Shown piece by piece: positions 11,940-27,675 of a stretch of 64,000 nt of DNA. This DNA comes from Octopus vulgaris (Eukaryota), in the NCBI GenBank assembly GCA_951406725.2, contig OX597824.1, positions 6,572,001 to 6,636,000 of the forward strand, given 5' to 3'. Made by a program: the position numbers and the translations under genes. Numbering within the stretch: position 1 is the stretch's first letter; every line of letters begins with the position of its first letter. Below the pieces are notes generated by a model that saw only the letters and a list, made by a program, of their open reading frames with translations, ran no database searches and was not told where the DNA came from.

Positions 11940-12440
11940 ATAACATGGTATCTTAAAATTGAGGCTAGCAGATTATTACATTATGCCAATTGTTCTCTAT
12001 GGGGTAGAATCTTTAACAATGCACACAGTTATGTTGAAAAAGATAGAAGCCTTAGAAATGTAGATCTTTTGCAGATTTGGCAGGATAAGCTGGGAACACA
12101 GATTAACAATGATACGATTCGAGAAAATCTGAAAGTCAAATGTCACCTATTTTCCAGAGTCAAATCCACAAAGCTTTCCTATTTTGGACCAGCAATGCAC
12201 TACCCGAGACCATCCTACCCGAGACCATACTGATAGGAAGTGTCGAAGGGAAGAGAGCCAGGGGTCATCAAAGACGTCTGTGGAATGACGACATCAAAGA
12301 ATGGATTGGAAACAAACGCTTGGACGATTGTATGCAAGAAGCACAACACAGAGATAACTGGAGAATCTTGGCAAGAGAGTCCTGGACAAAGACAGAATCT
12401 TGGCAAGAGAGACCTGGACCTGGCTGACGGTTGATGATGC
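11940..12440 (+). mobile_element. RTE-clade LINE 3' fragment (pseudogenised)
   Basis: YGVES...LKKIEALEM...ISW and ILIGSVEGKRARGHQRRLWNDDIKEW...AQHRDNWR, typical RTE ORF C-terminus; stops and frameshifts; (GAT)n-like tail. Confidence 0.85.
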
Positions 12441-12916
12441 CCTTATAGCGGTATTGTTGTTTTACACTTTGACATACCCTGGTTTATGTATTCCGTTAAC
12501 ATTAAGGCTGCTTTATTTATGTTGATATGTATGGTATATTATGAAATATTTTACAGTTACCATTCTTTGGGTCCTTTCATTTTGCTGTTCTCTACTATAA
12601 CTCTGGCAGCCACTCGCTACTTACTACAGCCATGAATACGTTTCCTGTAGCCTTCGTGCTCTTACAGTAATACACCACTGCTCTCTAAAGCTGGAAGAGT
12701 TTTATATATTGTTGGCAACCAAGTTATAGCGCTATAGTTTTAGGGTTCCCTGGTATTTTTGTTTTAAGGAGTTAATGTTGCCCATCTTTGTTTGAGTAAA
12801 TTAATATTGTTTTTCCCCTGTGGCAGCCAATCAGATGTTGATTCTGGTCTGATTACCAGAGCATTGAATGCTGCTAAAGTATAGCCTTGGGAACTGTTCG
12901 GATGGCGATAATAATA

Positions 12917-13151
12917 AAGAGGAAGAGGAGGAGGAGGAGGAGGCTGTGGAGGAGCAGAGTGAGGAAGAGGAGGAGGAGGAGGAGGAGGAGGAGGAGGAGG
13001 AGGAGGAGGAGGCTGTGGAGGAGCAGGGTGAGGAAGAGGAGGAGGAGGAGCCGTAGGAGGATAGTGGTAGTGACGATGATGATGATGGTGATGATGATGA
13101 TGATGATGATGATGATAGTGATGATGATGATGATGATGATGATGGTGGTGG

Positions 13152-13185
<34 letters not shown>

Positions 13186-13246
13186 GGTGGTGGTGATGGT
13201 GGTGGTTGTGGTGGTGGTGGTGGTGGTGGTGGTGATGATGATGATG
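12917..13246. repeat. Compound (GAG)n/(GAT)n/(GGT)n trinucleotide tract
   Basis: Direct reading; spacer gctgtggaggagcag(a/g)gtgaggaa occurs twice. Confidence 0.97.
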
Positions 13247-13729
13247 AGCTTTGTGGCTGTTTTTGTTTCTGCTTTATACTGTTGACACACACATTTACAG
13301 AGCTGAAACAGAATTTCTCAGAGTCCCAGATCACCCCCCCCCCCAACACACACGCTTTTACTACCTCGTGTTTCCTCCCTTCTCCCCCGCCATATTGAAT
13401 TGCGATCCAATAATGTTTTTCATAATTATTCTTTCACAGTGGTAATTATTGAAACAATTTATGAAATTGATTTTTTTTTTCATATTAATTGCAATCAAAT
13501 GAAAAAAAGAAGTCCTTATTTCAATTGATCGTAAAAATTTCCATCTGATTTAATGTTCAAATATGTTGTTATGAAAGCCAAAAGCGCTTTATTGAATATC
13601 ATCAAAAGCGACAGACAGCAATAATGAAATCCTCATCACGCAGAACTTCCATCTGATTTAATGCCCACTTGAGACTACAGGCAGAGAGACTAAACTACAA
13701 AACCGAATAACAACACTGAATTTATTTGA

Positions 13730-14430
13730 GCTCGAAAGTCACGACCCTCGCAAATAACGAGGCGCCCTCGATTTTATAGCGGAAGACACATTCATCAAAA
13801 TATGTTGTCGAAGGGAGCCGAAATCACTTACTGAACGACATGTGCAACAATCTCGTTATATTTGTCAACGAGTTTAGGATCCACCCACATAGGAAATCTT
13901 TTGAAGTCTCGAACGGTTTCATGCTGTCGTGAATGTCTTTATTTTGCCTTATTTTGTTTGATCGTTGATTTGACCAGCTTCCATTTTAACCAGACAGTTA
14001 ATATTTTTTGCAGTTAAACAGAAATGGCTGAACGATTGAAGAAAGGCAATTTATCTGTTAAAGGTCCATAAATTTGTCGCTCGTGTCATCATGAATATTA
14101 GAGAAGTGTTCTGATATAATATTCTATGATCATATTTACTAAAATGTGTGAAACAAGAGAGAGGTTGTCTCTGAAAACATCAGCTTTCTAATGAACCAGT
14201 CTGCTTTAAATGCAACCATTTTAGTTTTGCAGACGACCAACTTATTTCTGGTGGACTTGAAGTTTGTTATTTAATACATTTACGAAAACCTTCAACGAGA
14301 TAAGAAGTCAAAGTCCTGTCGTTGAATTATATGAACTGAGATCTCCTTGATCTTTACCAAAGAACACTTGAATATCACATTGAGCAATAAACCTTTCAAA
14401 ACAGTTTCCTTTCGATAACCGTCACCCAAA
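13730..14430 (-). mobile_element. Decayed hAT (Buster/SCAND3-like) transposase fragment
   Basis: Minus strand RLSKGNCFERF (cf. RWLSKGNCLxRF), YLVE...LNNKLQ, and PSTTYFDECVF (cf. PTTYLVECGFS dimerisation motif); many stops. Confidence 0.55.
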
Positions 14431-14615
14431 GATACGGAGAAACAATCTCACGTTATTCATTCATATTCTGACAGAACTATTCGGAAGACGTTACTGCGTA
14501 TAGATAGATTTTTATCAGATTTATCACTTTTATTACCTTTTTCATCAATTTCTCTAACCTAGAACTAATGCTAGTAGCTGCCAAACTCTCCCACTCTCCC
14601 TGTCTCTCACTCTTT

Positions 14616-14650
<35 letters not shown>

Positions 14651-15862
14651 CTTTGTGTGCGTGTGAGCGCGCGTATGTGTACGAATGTAATACTGTGAGC
14701 GGTGATTTTATCAGGAATATCGTCTTCCAGAAGTTCCAGTTCTCACTTGCGTCGTCCCGTTATTGCTGGTGCGCGATCTACAGCAATGAGAATACTGTTA
14801 TATTCTAGAATATGGTTAGCTGCCAAATACAGCATTTCAGCTGATAACGAAAGTCCATTAAACCGAAGGTCACGAAGAGAAACGTTTTTTTTAATGACTT
14901 TTAATGAAAAAAGGAAAAGAGAGATTTAATTCTGCTATTTCTACTAAGTTCCCGACGTTTCGAGGATTAAATATTATTATGAAAAAGCAAAAAATGTCTT
15001 TACATTATTAGAAATTTTCACAACATCTGTTTGGAAGTCATTCACGTCAAAGAATAAATGTTTTAAGAAATAGAAAAACATCTGAGGTAAACTACACGTT
15101 TTTAAGCTGTTGTATATAACGGATCCCTGATTCGTAACATTTAATGTTTGTGGGCATTTTTTTATTTCCCTTCAATATTTGTCTTCATGCGATGCTAGCC
15201 ATCCATTACCATTTTACCATTGACCTACTAGGTACAAAGACATCTTAAATTCGGTGTCGTATATGTTTCTTTTCCTCCCACTTCTCTTAATCCTTTTCCT
15301 TCTTTTCGATAAAGGTTATCACCTGAAACGATAGATTCTCTTCTGCTGTGTTTCTCTGGAATATTTAGCATCATTGTACACTTCTTTGACTGTTCATTTT
15401 ACCTCTTTATATTTCGACGCTTTTTCAGTCATATATATTCAAACGTCTAACTCCATGTATCACTTGTTTTTCTCCGCTTTGTCATATAATGTATTTGTGT
15501 TGCTTGTGCGATTTTTATCCATCAGTAAATGCTTAAAGTTTAATTTGTAACAAAGAGTGTTATGCTCATGATTGTAGAAGAGTGCACTTTACGGAACAGT
15601 TCGGAAGAACCTGCCAGTTTTGTTGGCATCGTAAATCTGTGACAAAATAAAGCTACCAGATCTAATAGATCCAGTTACTTATAACCGTTCTTAATACTCA
15701 ATCTGTGACATTTTACTACTTAAAAACTCACTATAGATTTTCTAATTGTTCACGATGCCATGCCTGTTCTTTAAGCGTCAAATTAAGTTCCACGTGTAGT
15801 CTTTTCACTCTTTTTTGTCTTTTATACATCCAACCACGTGCTTTCACATACCACCTCTCTCA

Positions 15863-15936
<74 letters not shown>

Positions 15937-16077
15937 TGACGCGATTCCACAGAGTTTTGCCCACAAAATTAACTCAGTAGAGGCAATTTGTCCAGGGTAC
16001 AACGCACTGGAACTGAACATGAAACTATGTTGTTGCAAAGTGTATTTATTAATCACCGAAGACACAGCCATTGACTG

Positions 16078-16120
16078 ACTGTTACTTCAAAGTTTCGCCT
16101 ATGATTGGTTCTTCGACAGT
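16078..16120 (-). ncRNA. Decayed hammerhead motif
   Basis: ACUGU C-GAAGA ACC-AAUCAUA-GGC GAAAC UU-UG-AA GUA ACAGU; stems I and III intact, one core nucleotide missing. Confidence 0.5.
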
Positions 16121-17011
16121 GAAAGAATAAGAGATGGTAGTTTTGTATGTTAAGAAACAAAAGCGTTATAAAGAAGATGGGTCTCTAAAAGAAGAGGGTT
16201 TAAAAAATAAAACCTGAATATTAAAGAATTTGATCTTGTGATGTTACGTCAGCGACGAAATATTATTTTTTAGAGTAAGGAATTTTTCAATAAACATACT
16301 TGAATCATGAGCCATTGCTTGTAGCATTATATTCGCTATTATAGAAAAATTGTTATGAATTATATAGATCTTTAGATAAAAAATACAAATACGACAAAAA
16401 ATTATGGAGGAGAAAAAAAGTGACTAATTAAATTAAAGCATTATCAGTTTTGTTGTAAACTCCAATATCTACAAAGATATAAAAATAAAATTGTACATTA
16501 ATAAAATGTGTTAAAATTACACACTGGAAATAAACTTCAAATTTAGTATTTCACCTAAAATAATACGGAGAGCGTGAAAAAAAATAGAGTTATAGAACTA
16601 TTAAATACAAAACAAATCGATGGCAATTAGCTTATTGATGGTATTACTTAACGGGAGGTAATAAATTTGTCAAGAGTATATGTGCAAGGAAAATAAACAA
16701 AACACTATTGTAAGCGATTTTTGTTGGTGTATAATCAATATATGAAAATATAGAGGTATGAAAAAGCGCGCTTAAAGGAACTAATTTGACTGACAGAATG
16801 AAAGGTGAGGAACTGACTTTAAATAGATATATAAGCAGTAATACAGAGACATAACAAATGAAAAATGTAGGGAAAGTAATAAAAATTTATAGGCGTACAA
16901 ACATTTAGACAACTGCACTCACACACATATATACTCGCATATGTACACATGTTTACGTTACATATATGCACACATTTATACTTTACACACACACACACAC
17001 ACACACACAAT

Positions 17012-17065
<54 letters not shown>

Positions 17066-17119
17066 ACTCATAAAATTAATTGCATAAAATGGTACAAAAG
17101 GGCACACAAATGTTCACAG

Positions 17120-17153
<34 letters not shown>

Positions 17154-17216
17154 ATACACATAAACATACACATACATATATGGGATTTGTGTATGTGTGC
17201 GTATGTATATACCTAC

Positions 17217-17284
<68 letters not shown>

Positions 17285-17825
17285 GTATATATAAACAGAG
17301 AAAGAGAGAGGAACAGAGAAAGAAAGAAAGAAAGAGAGAACTATAAACATAGGAAAACAAACATACGTGAATATATGCACACACGTCTCGCGCAACCACA
17401 AAATTACATTACTTTGTAGGATAAGCGCAAACTTGCATGCGCGTTTTTATCGTTATGTAATTATATATATATATGTGTGCGTACTACACATGTGTATGTG
17501 TAAACGGCCACACACACACACACACACACACACAGAGATATATATGCGCATGCATATACACATACAGGTATAAAATCATTTTTAAATAAGAAAAAAACAA
17601 ATACTCAGTCAATACGAGGTAAAATTGAAAGGAAATTACAATAATGATAATAAACAGGTCCACCTGTGTAAAGTCAAATTATTATTTACAATAATAAATA
17701 AGAGCCACATTTTTACATGGAAAGGAAATGTTAGAAATCAATGAAATAATATGTATTATAAAAATGAACTCGTATATGTCTTTTTGTGTTTGTATATATG
17801 TATATATATGTGTGTGTGTGTGTGT

Positions 17826-17862
<37 letters not shown>

Positions 17863-17906
17863 GTCGTGCAGTTACTGTCTATACCTCGTTCAGAGATTTA
17901 TAATTG

Positions 17907-17959
<53 letters not shown>

Positions 17960-18054
17960 TAGGTTTAAATTATACAAACTTTAACTTTTGTTGGCGGAGC
18001 CTAGTTTAGTCTTTAAAAAGCTCGCTTCGCCACCAGGTGAGTTCGTATTCAGTA

Positions 18055-18372
18055 GACTATGGCCCCGCGCCATCCATTGCCTTATGAATGAATTTGGTAG
18101 GCGGAAATTGAAACGAAGCCCATCATGTGTGTGTGTATCTAAGTACGTGCCTTTTATATTTTTGCTTAGTTTGTGGCTGTTCACTACTACCGCCGCTTAA
18201 TAATCAGTGCTGGTTTGTTTATATCCCTGTAACTTAGCAGTTCAGCAAAAGAAACCAATAAAATATCAGACTTTCAAGAAGTACTAGAGTCGATTTCTGA
18301 AACCAAACCCTTGAAGGAGGTGTCTCTAAGCATGGCTGCAGTCCAATGATTGAAACAAGTACAAGATAAAAA
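18055..18372 (+). mobile_element. Old SINE family A copy
   Basis: Diverged match to the family A middle and tail (gcatggctgcagtccaatgattgaaacaagt). Confidence 0.7.
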
Positions 18373-18805
18373 AAAAAGTTGATGTTTTTTTAAAATTTGA
18401 AAAGTGAAGTCAAAAATGTATTCCAGTAAATTGATCAGCGGAGAATTAATAGAGTCGTTAGAGCGTCCAACTGAATGTCCGGCGGCATCTGTCCGACTGT
18501 CTCCACTTTGTGTTCGAATTTCGCCAAGGTCAACTTTGCCTTTCATTGTTTCGAGGCTGATGAAAACGAATAACTACGACCATCCCAAGACGTATTAAAA
18601 ACGGAACTGTAAGAACTGCAGACCGGATTGCCTTACTCTCATTTTCCCAGCTCTTCGTATTTTGATTTCCAAATCCTGCCATGGTTTACTTGGGTTCCAG
18701 ATACTCATACATACCTTAGGTAGCAGCTGTAGTTGGTGGAGGTGGTTTAACACCACCAACTGCCGCCTTAGGTATCTTTACCACATCTTAGCTTTCTTTA
18801 GTATA

Positions 18806-19303
18806 CAGGGGTCCACTAAGGTTTCTTTAAGTAACAGGAGACCACTGTTGCAAGTATTCTGGTTTGACCGCTAATTTGAGGATACCATCTTCCCTTCCAC
18901 AGGGGTCCACTAAGGTTTCTTTAAGTCACAGGAGACCACTGTTGCAAGCATTCTGGTTTGACCGCTAATATGAGGATACCATCTTCCCTCCCACAGGGGT
19001 CCACTAAGATTTCTTTAAGTAACAGGAGACCACTGTTGCAAGTATTCTGGTTTGACCGCTAATATGAGGATACCATCTTCCCTCCCACAGGGGTCCACTA
19101 AGGTTTCTTTAAGTAACAGGAGACCACTGTTGCAAGTATTCTGGTTTGACCGCTAATATGAGGATACCATCTTCCCTCCCACAGGGGTCCACTAAGGTTT
19201 CTTTAAGTAACAGGAGACCACTAAGGTTTCTTTAAGTAACAGGAGACCACTGTTGCAAGTATTCTGGTTTGACCGCTAATTTGAGGATACCATCTTCCCT
19301 CCC
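18806..19303. repeat. 94-bp minisatellite, 5 copies
   Basis: Units start at 18806, 18900, 18994, 19088 and 19182; the fifth has an internal 29-bp duplication; units are nearly identical. Confidence 0.97.
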
Positions 19304-19686
19304 TTCTACTAGCCTTAGAGCCCTGTGTCACGTATAAGGTTAGCAAAAGATTATAGTTAGACTAAGAAAATTATGGTCCATTAGCAATGGTGACTTATTG
19401 ATTTGAAAGGTGATTAGATGAAAGAAATCAATACCAAAACAATATTCTTTAGTGCCTTTTGATAGCAACGAGAACGAATATAAACTAATGTATACAACGA
19501 ATGGTAATTAAATATACACGAGACAAAGAGCAAAGAAGTTATATGAGGCAGACGGTGATAGATCAGTCCTTTGATTGGTAGAATTAGTAATTTGTAAACA
19601 AAGTACATTTTATCTTGCGCTAACGAATCTAATTTGTTCCAGAATCTCATTTCTTACCATAAAAAAATTTTCCCGCATTAATTATG

Positions 19687-19752
<66 letters not shown>

Positions 19753-20290
19753 AAGAACAATGCTTGCAATTCGTTCTAAAATGTGTTCCTAGGTTGAAAA
19801 TCAACATCCCAAAAAATTATATTTATATATTAATAGAAGACAAACCAATAACGAAATGTACACTATATAGTCGTTTCTGACACAGACGTGTCTACAAATT
19901 GAGGAATTATGTTAATCGGTTTAAACCACTTCAGAGTATTTAACCGGTACTTTATATTAGCAAACCTTTAAACTGAACCAAAATACCTGCCTCCAAGCAT
20001 TTTGGTGGACTTCTTAACGATTTTGCAAATCTGCCGCCCTTTAAAGCACATAAAATTGTTTCTAATTTAAGCACAAAGATATCTTTGGTAGGTGAGGGTT
20101 AGTCGATAATATCGATCCAGTACTTATTGGTACTTTGTTAACAACCTCGTAAGGATAAAAGGTGAACATGATTTCGGTGGGATTTGAACGCAGAACATAC
20201 AGAATCGGAAGAAATACTTGACAGCATTTTCCAACGTTCAAATGATCTTACCAATCCGTCGTTTTATAAACACATACAAGTGTTTCTAGA

Positions 20291-20700
20291 AGGCGGCGAG
20301 CTGGCAGAAACGTTAGCACGCCGGGCGAAATGCTTAGCAGTATTTCGTCTGCCGCTACGTTCTGAGTTCAAATTCTGCCGAGGCCGACTTTGGCTTTCAT
20401 CCTTTCGGGGTCGATTAAATAAGTACCAGTTACACACTGGGGTCGATATAATCGACTTAATCCCTTTGTCTGTCCTTGTTTGTCCTCTCTGTGTTTAGCC
20501 CCTTGTGGGTAGTAAAAAAAATAGATATTTCGTCTGCCGCTACGTTCTGAGTTCGAATTCCTCCGAGGTCGACTTTGCTTTTCGGGGTCGATTAAATAAG
20601 TACCAGTTACACACTGGGGTCGATATAATCGACTTAATCCCTTTGTCTGTCCTTGTTTGTCCCCTCTATGTTTAGCCCCTTGTGGGCAATAAAGAAATAC
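20291..20700 (+). mobile_element. SINE family B dimer (tail 1 + tail 1)
   Basis: Full copy, then restarts at gatatttcgtctgcc (~20524). Confidence 0.9.
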
Positions 20701-21154
20701 ATATTAATTTCTCCTTCATTGATAATGTATAACTGGTTTAGTCTCCTCCTATATTAAATTTTTTACTCCCAAAAGTGAACTCTTCTATCGCAGTTTAAAA
20801 TCTGCTTTACAAGCTCATAAAACCCGTAATTTTCTGCAGCGATTGTTTCAGACCTGGCAACTTCGCGAGGCATCACAAAACCGAAAGTAGCCTAACGATT
20901 TCTTTCTTTATTTCTTTCTTTCTTTTTTTTCTTTTTTCTTTTTTATTTTAACACTCGAACGAATTCTTGACAGCTTTAAAATTCTCCTGGTGTTGCATCA
21001 TTGTCCGTACTGGTAATAAAAGTTTCCCTTTCAAGTTGCTCGTTAAACAAGACCAACCATTCGAAAATAAAGCTTTACTCACACAATCAATAACAAATGG
21101 TTTATATTTGATTTACATGACAATGAGATTTTCTATCTCATTGTTAAACGGGGA

Positions 21155-21204
<50 letters not shown>

Positions 21205-21436
21205 CATTGTTATCTTTTTTCTTCTTCTTTCAAATTTGCTTCCATTTCTTGCCGAGTGTCTTCCCGACTCCTAGGGCAAAGAAACTCATAGTATACATTG
21301 GTAGGCCATTAAACTAAACTCACTAGTTCGTTCATTTTTTTTTTAAGTTAAATTAAAATATATGGGTAGTAATAGTTCTCACATCGACAATGCTCTTATG
21401 AATACGTGTGATGTACCAGTTAAGACAATCTTTTGC

Positions 21437-21527
<91 letters not shown>

Positions 21528-21539
21528 GAACCCACATAT

Positions 21540-21775
21540 ACCTATTTCTTTACTACCCACAAGGGACTAAACTCAGAGAGAACAAACAAGGACAGACAAA
21601 TGGATTAAGTCGATTACATCGACCCCTGTGCGTAACTGGTACTTATTTAATCGACCTCGAAAGGATGAAAGACACAGTCGACCTCGGCGGAATTAGAACT
21701 CAGAACCTAACGTCAGACGAAATATGGCTACGCATTTTGCCCGGAGTGCTAACGTTTCTGCCAGCTCGCCGCCTT
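21540..21775 (-). mobile_element. SINE family B, tail 1
   Basis: Reverse complement of the family B sequence. Confidence 0.9.
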
Positions 21776-21819
21776 AATCATAATGATAAGGATAATGATG
21801 ATGATAATGGTACCTCGGG

Positions 21820-22050
21820 TTTCAGGAACTTATTTATTGCGTAGTTCATTGATGTATTCGTCCCCAATGGATGTGACGAATTCATCGAAAAATGTTTTCC
21901 AGTGAAGACTGTTTCTGTTATAGATAATGCTTCAGCGGAGCCTGCCAACCTCCTAAACCTATTGCCAAAAAAAAAATTGTTTTTGTAAAAATTCCATTTC
22001 TTTCCAGCAAATACCACTGCTGCAGCCCATGGATCAAAAACTGATTCATT
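21820..22050 (+). mobile_element. pogo/Tigger transposase DDE fragment
   Basis: VIDNASAEP and FFPANTT/LQPMDQKLI (cf. DNAPxHP and FLPxNTTxxLQPMDQ). Confidence 0.7.
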
Positions 22051-22799
22051 TTTTTCAGATTTTATTTATTTTTATTTCAAAACAATAGGCATTACATATT
22101 TGCCCAATCCATGGACGCCACTTTCTCTTAGAAAATGGTCTCTTTCTCTATTTCCTTCCGCAATAGTATTACTTGTCCAAGCTTTGCTTTCATCACGGTT
22201 TATATTTTCTATCTATAAACAATATATAAACCACATCGCTACTACATTATATGATAATTCTTTTAAATATATTTCTTGTTTGTTTTTTTTCCTTACGTGA
22301 ACTAACAAATTATATAATGTCCCATACCGGAAACACGTGTTGTAGACTGAAAGACTTATTTCTGACGTGTCCAGTCTCTGTATAAGAATAAACAAACTGA
22401 TTTTCTTTAGTGGCGGTCAATTTGCTTAAGCGAGCCCATGTGAAGTTTTGTTCACTTAGTTTTTAATGTTTTACCTTATTATACTCTGTGTGGTTTCAAA
22501 ATAGTTCTTTGTCAAACTAATGGAAAGCGTTCGTTGGCATTATTTTTCTGTTGGTTGCCACAGACTTGATGTATAGACAAAAAAGATATACGCCAGACAG
22601 CCGTTAGAGAGAAGACTATAATGTAAATTGATACGCTTACAGTGAAGTAGACGAACGATTGAAGAAACGGGAAAAGAAGTCTGAACACGAATCATGGATA
22701 TACATACGAGAGAAAAAATTCTACAAACAAATATATGAAGACATATGACATTACAATGTGTATGTGTGTGTGTTGATATCATACACGCACATGTAGATA

Positions 22800-24117
<1,318 letters not shown>

Positions 24118-25142
24118 TACTTATGTATATTTTACGACATATATGTTTTTTCGATGGTTCAAGTTTACTGTATACTTTTCATGTACAGAAAGTTCGTTAC
24201 TCTGGGTAATTTTTTTGTTTTAATGGACTCCTATCATGAGACGTGTATGCCCTAAGGTCAAAACTGTGTGAAATGTTTTTCTTTACTGATTTCGTATACG
24301 TATACATACGTTTACTCATGCATACACGCGTATAGAATGCATGTTTACACCTCTTACGTAAATCCATTTATCTTAGCACACATACATACGCGTATATAAA
24401 TATACGTACGCATACGAAGTTATACAAACGGGTATATATACCTATGAAACTATATACATGTATATGTACATAGTCATACTGATACATAAATATATATTCA
24501 AATAAACAAACGCACGTAGAGACACTATATCTTACGTAATTCATTAAATTAAATTGATTCGGTACAATCAGACATATGTTCGATTCCATAAGAAGATTAC
24601 ACACGAATGAAAAGTTTGCAGCCTTTGAAATAATTTGCTAAAAATCAAATTGAGTATTTGAAGAGAGATGACAAAATTGTATATGAAATGGAAAATGAGA
24701 AAATAAAATTTGGGGAACACATTGTTAGTGAAAACGGACAGCGAAACAGAAGTGCCTGGAAGTAGCTAATTTTTTGTAGAAAAACAATGAACTACGAAAT
24801 GAGACCATACAAAATGAGAGTGAGGAAGGCATAACACAGGGAAAATAGCAGACATTAATAAATTTCCTGGAAAATAACGGTCACCAGTATATATAATACA
24901 AATTCATAAAGGAATTGAAATGAATTATAACGTTAATCATAGTGAAAGGGAGCTATGGTAGGGTGTTTGTTACAGTAATTATGCCAAGGCAGACCAAGAG
25001 GACTCGTTTTAATACTATTAAAAAGCCATGACTGTAACTTACAATGCGAGTATGCATTTTGATTGCATTTCTACTGAGGACTTACGTAAGCTAATAAAAG
25101 CCATTCGTGTAAATAATGGTTTGTTGATGAATACGTGTATAA

Positions 25143-25185
<43 letters not shown>

Positions 25186-26085
25186 TATATGTATATGTAT
25201 ATATACTTAATAACATTCATAACAACCAAAATAATTGCGAAGGACGTGCGCGACAATTAACTGGGCCGGCGAAAAAAACTGACATAGATACACCCATTTC
25301 GTCAGCTAATGTTTTATCCAGAGTCAGTAGGATTTCGGCGCTTGGGAAAATTTGGCATCGTTTATCGAATAAAATGAAGCAAATCAAGTCGTATGATTCA
25401 AAACATACAATCATTCATTATCGTAAATTATATAATAATACGTTTATCAATTTGTGTTACAAGATTCCTGATGTGAAATCGTGTGTTGAAACAGATGTTG
25501 TATTTCGGGATGATCGTTTTTTTTTTTGCTATAAAAACACACGCACTATATATTTGTTCTTCACTCGTTTATTACTCTTCTTATTCTAACTCATGTCCAT
25601 TGTCCGGAAATATTTCGTCACACATCTGTGACCTCTTCAACAACACTTTCCATCTTCGTGTGTGCTCTCGCTCCACATTTCATTCTGTTCTTCTATGATG
25701 TGCATCCTTACATGCGCATGCACTTGCGTTCGTTTGTGTATATGTGTGTGTGAGAGAGAGAGAGTCTCTCTGTGTATGTGTATCATTGTTCTTAGTAGCA
25801 CTATGACCTTCCCCACAGTCTCAGCACCTCCTCCGTTGTCGCTGCTGCTGTCCTAGGACCCGAAATTTGGTACAGTTCCTGTATCCCTCTGCGTTTGCGT
25901 GTTCGCCCACGCTGCTGCCATCATGGTTGTTGTTGTTGTTGTTATTGCCATCATTGTCAAAGCGGTTGCTGTTGTCGTTGTTAGTCGTGTTGTTGATACT
26001 GTTGCGGCCGTTTGTGAAGCTACTCTATGTGTATTTACGTGTGCGTGTGTGTGTGTGTTTGTGTGTGATGTATATGTACATACAA

Positions 26086-26136
<51 letters not shown>

Positions 26137-26166
26137 CACACACGAATATACAGGTATACATATATA

Positions 26167-27447
26167 ATGGGTCATCCCATAAGTAATGCGGGGCTTTTTC
26201 AATTGTATGAACTAAAAGTCGGGGGGGAACGGGATGAACTACTTGTTTCAACTTGTTATAAAAGCAGGTAGTAATTTTACCTAGTCCTTATTCTTAGTGC
26301 AAGTTTTAAAGAGTACAGTTCGATTTTAACTGTTATTTTTTCAAAGCTATAAAAGAAGTGACAAAGGAACATATTCGGCATATTTTGCTTTATGAGTTCA
26401 ATAAAGGCAACAACGCAACGGAAAGTGTGAGGAGTATTGATGCAGTAGATGGGGTTCGGACAATAAGTGTTATCCAGTGTCAACGGTGGTTCCAGAAATT
26501 CCAAAAATTCCGAACCCGAAACTACAGCCTAGCTTCGAGACTAGCTTCGTTTTGGAAGATCTGTAGAACTCGACGAGGACGTCATGCAAAACCTAGTGGA
26601 ACAAAATCACATCGGAACTAGCAGAGAAGCTTGGATATGGTCGTTCAACCATTTATCAACGCCTGCGTACCATCAGAAAAGTCAGTAAATTGTGCCAATG
26701 GGTTCCTCGCATACTTTCCGAGTCTAATCGCGCGCAGAGAGTCAATGTGTGTTCTTCTTTGCTGTCATATCTCACGAATGAACCTTTTTTCGGAACGAAT
26801 AGTGACTGGTGACAAGGAATGGGTTCTCTATAAAAATGTCAAGCGCCGAAGACAGTGGACAAGGGAAGGAGAAACACCAGCACCCCAGATCTTCACCCAC
26901 GTAATGGTCTTCAGCCATGTAAGGTGTTGTTATCTGCTTAGTGGGATATGAAAGATGTAGTCCACCTTGAACTTTTAAACACATACCAAATGATAACAAA
27001 GGGAATCTACTGCGAGCAGCTTGAACGGATTAAGCCAGCACCAGAAGAAAAACGACCATCTTCGGTTCCAAGACGGAAGATGTTCTTCCATCAGGATAAT
27101 GCTCGGCTACATACAGAGAGGATGACATTCCAAAACGCTGGAGCAGTTTGAATGGGAAACGATACCCCATCCATCATATTCGCCGGACATTGCCCCATCT
27201 GATTATCATTTATTCCGCACGGAACGGAAAAAATATGAATTCTGTAGACGAGGTCAGAACAGTGCTAGAGGACTATTTTCGTCACAAACGAGTGAATTTT
27301 GAAAAGGGGGCCTTGCAAGTCTACCAGATAGAAGTAAGTGCATTGTAGAAAATGAAGGAGAGTATATTTTAGATTTAAAAAGAACTTTGTCTTAATTTTG
27401 AAAGATAAAAGTATTTTTAAAAACTCATTATTTATGGGATGACCCAA
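26167..27447 (+). mobile_element. Full-length decayed mariner (DD34D), ~1.28 kb
   Basis: TIRs tgggtcatcccataagtaatg / cattatttatgggatgacccaa; EHIRHILLYEF...QRWFQKF, WVP, IVTGDKEW, HQDNAR, YSPDIAPSDY motifs; frameshifted. Confidence 0.95.
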
Positions 27448-27449
27448 TG

Positions 27450-27491
<42 letters not shown>

Positions 27492-27609
27492 ATATATATA
27501 TATATATACACACAAAAAGGGTGAAATATAATTAATCCTATATATATATATATATATTTCGGTCGCTCCCTTTTTTTCTGTCTGTCTGTATCTCTATTTC
27601 CTTTCTGCC

Positions 27610-27675
<66 letters not shown>

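Noticed and set aside
12831-13349. Poly-Glu, Ser or Pro ORFs
   Set aside because: Open in several frames on both strands because of triplet repeats; no domain or convincing splice context.
15300-15335. Weak hammerhead-like remnants (also about 22295-22345 and 53820-53855)
   Set aside because: Only the GAAAC half is recognisable; the core has too many mismatches to distinguish from chance.
18806-19303. CRISPR-like regular repeat
   Set aside because: Whole units are near-identical with no unique spacers, no cas genes, and the context is eukaryotic.
20184-20498. Recurring ORFs such as RPRKDERQSRPRRNLNSE and [18 protein letters not shown]
   Set aside because: Translations of non-coding SINE copies, not a gene family.
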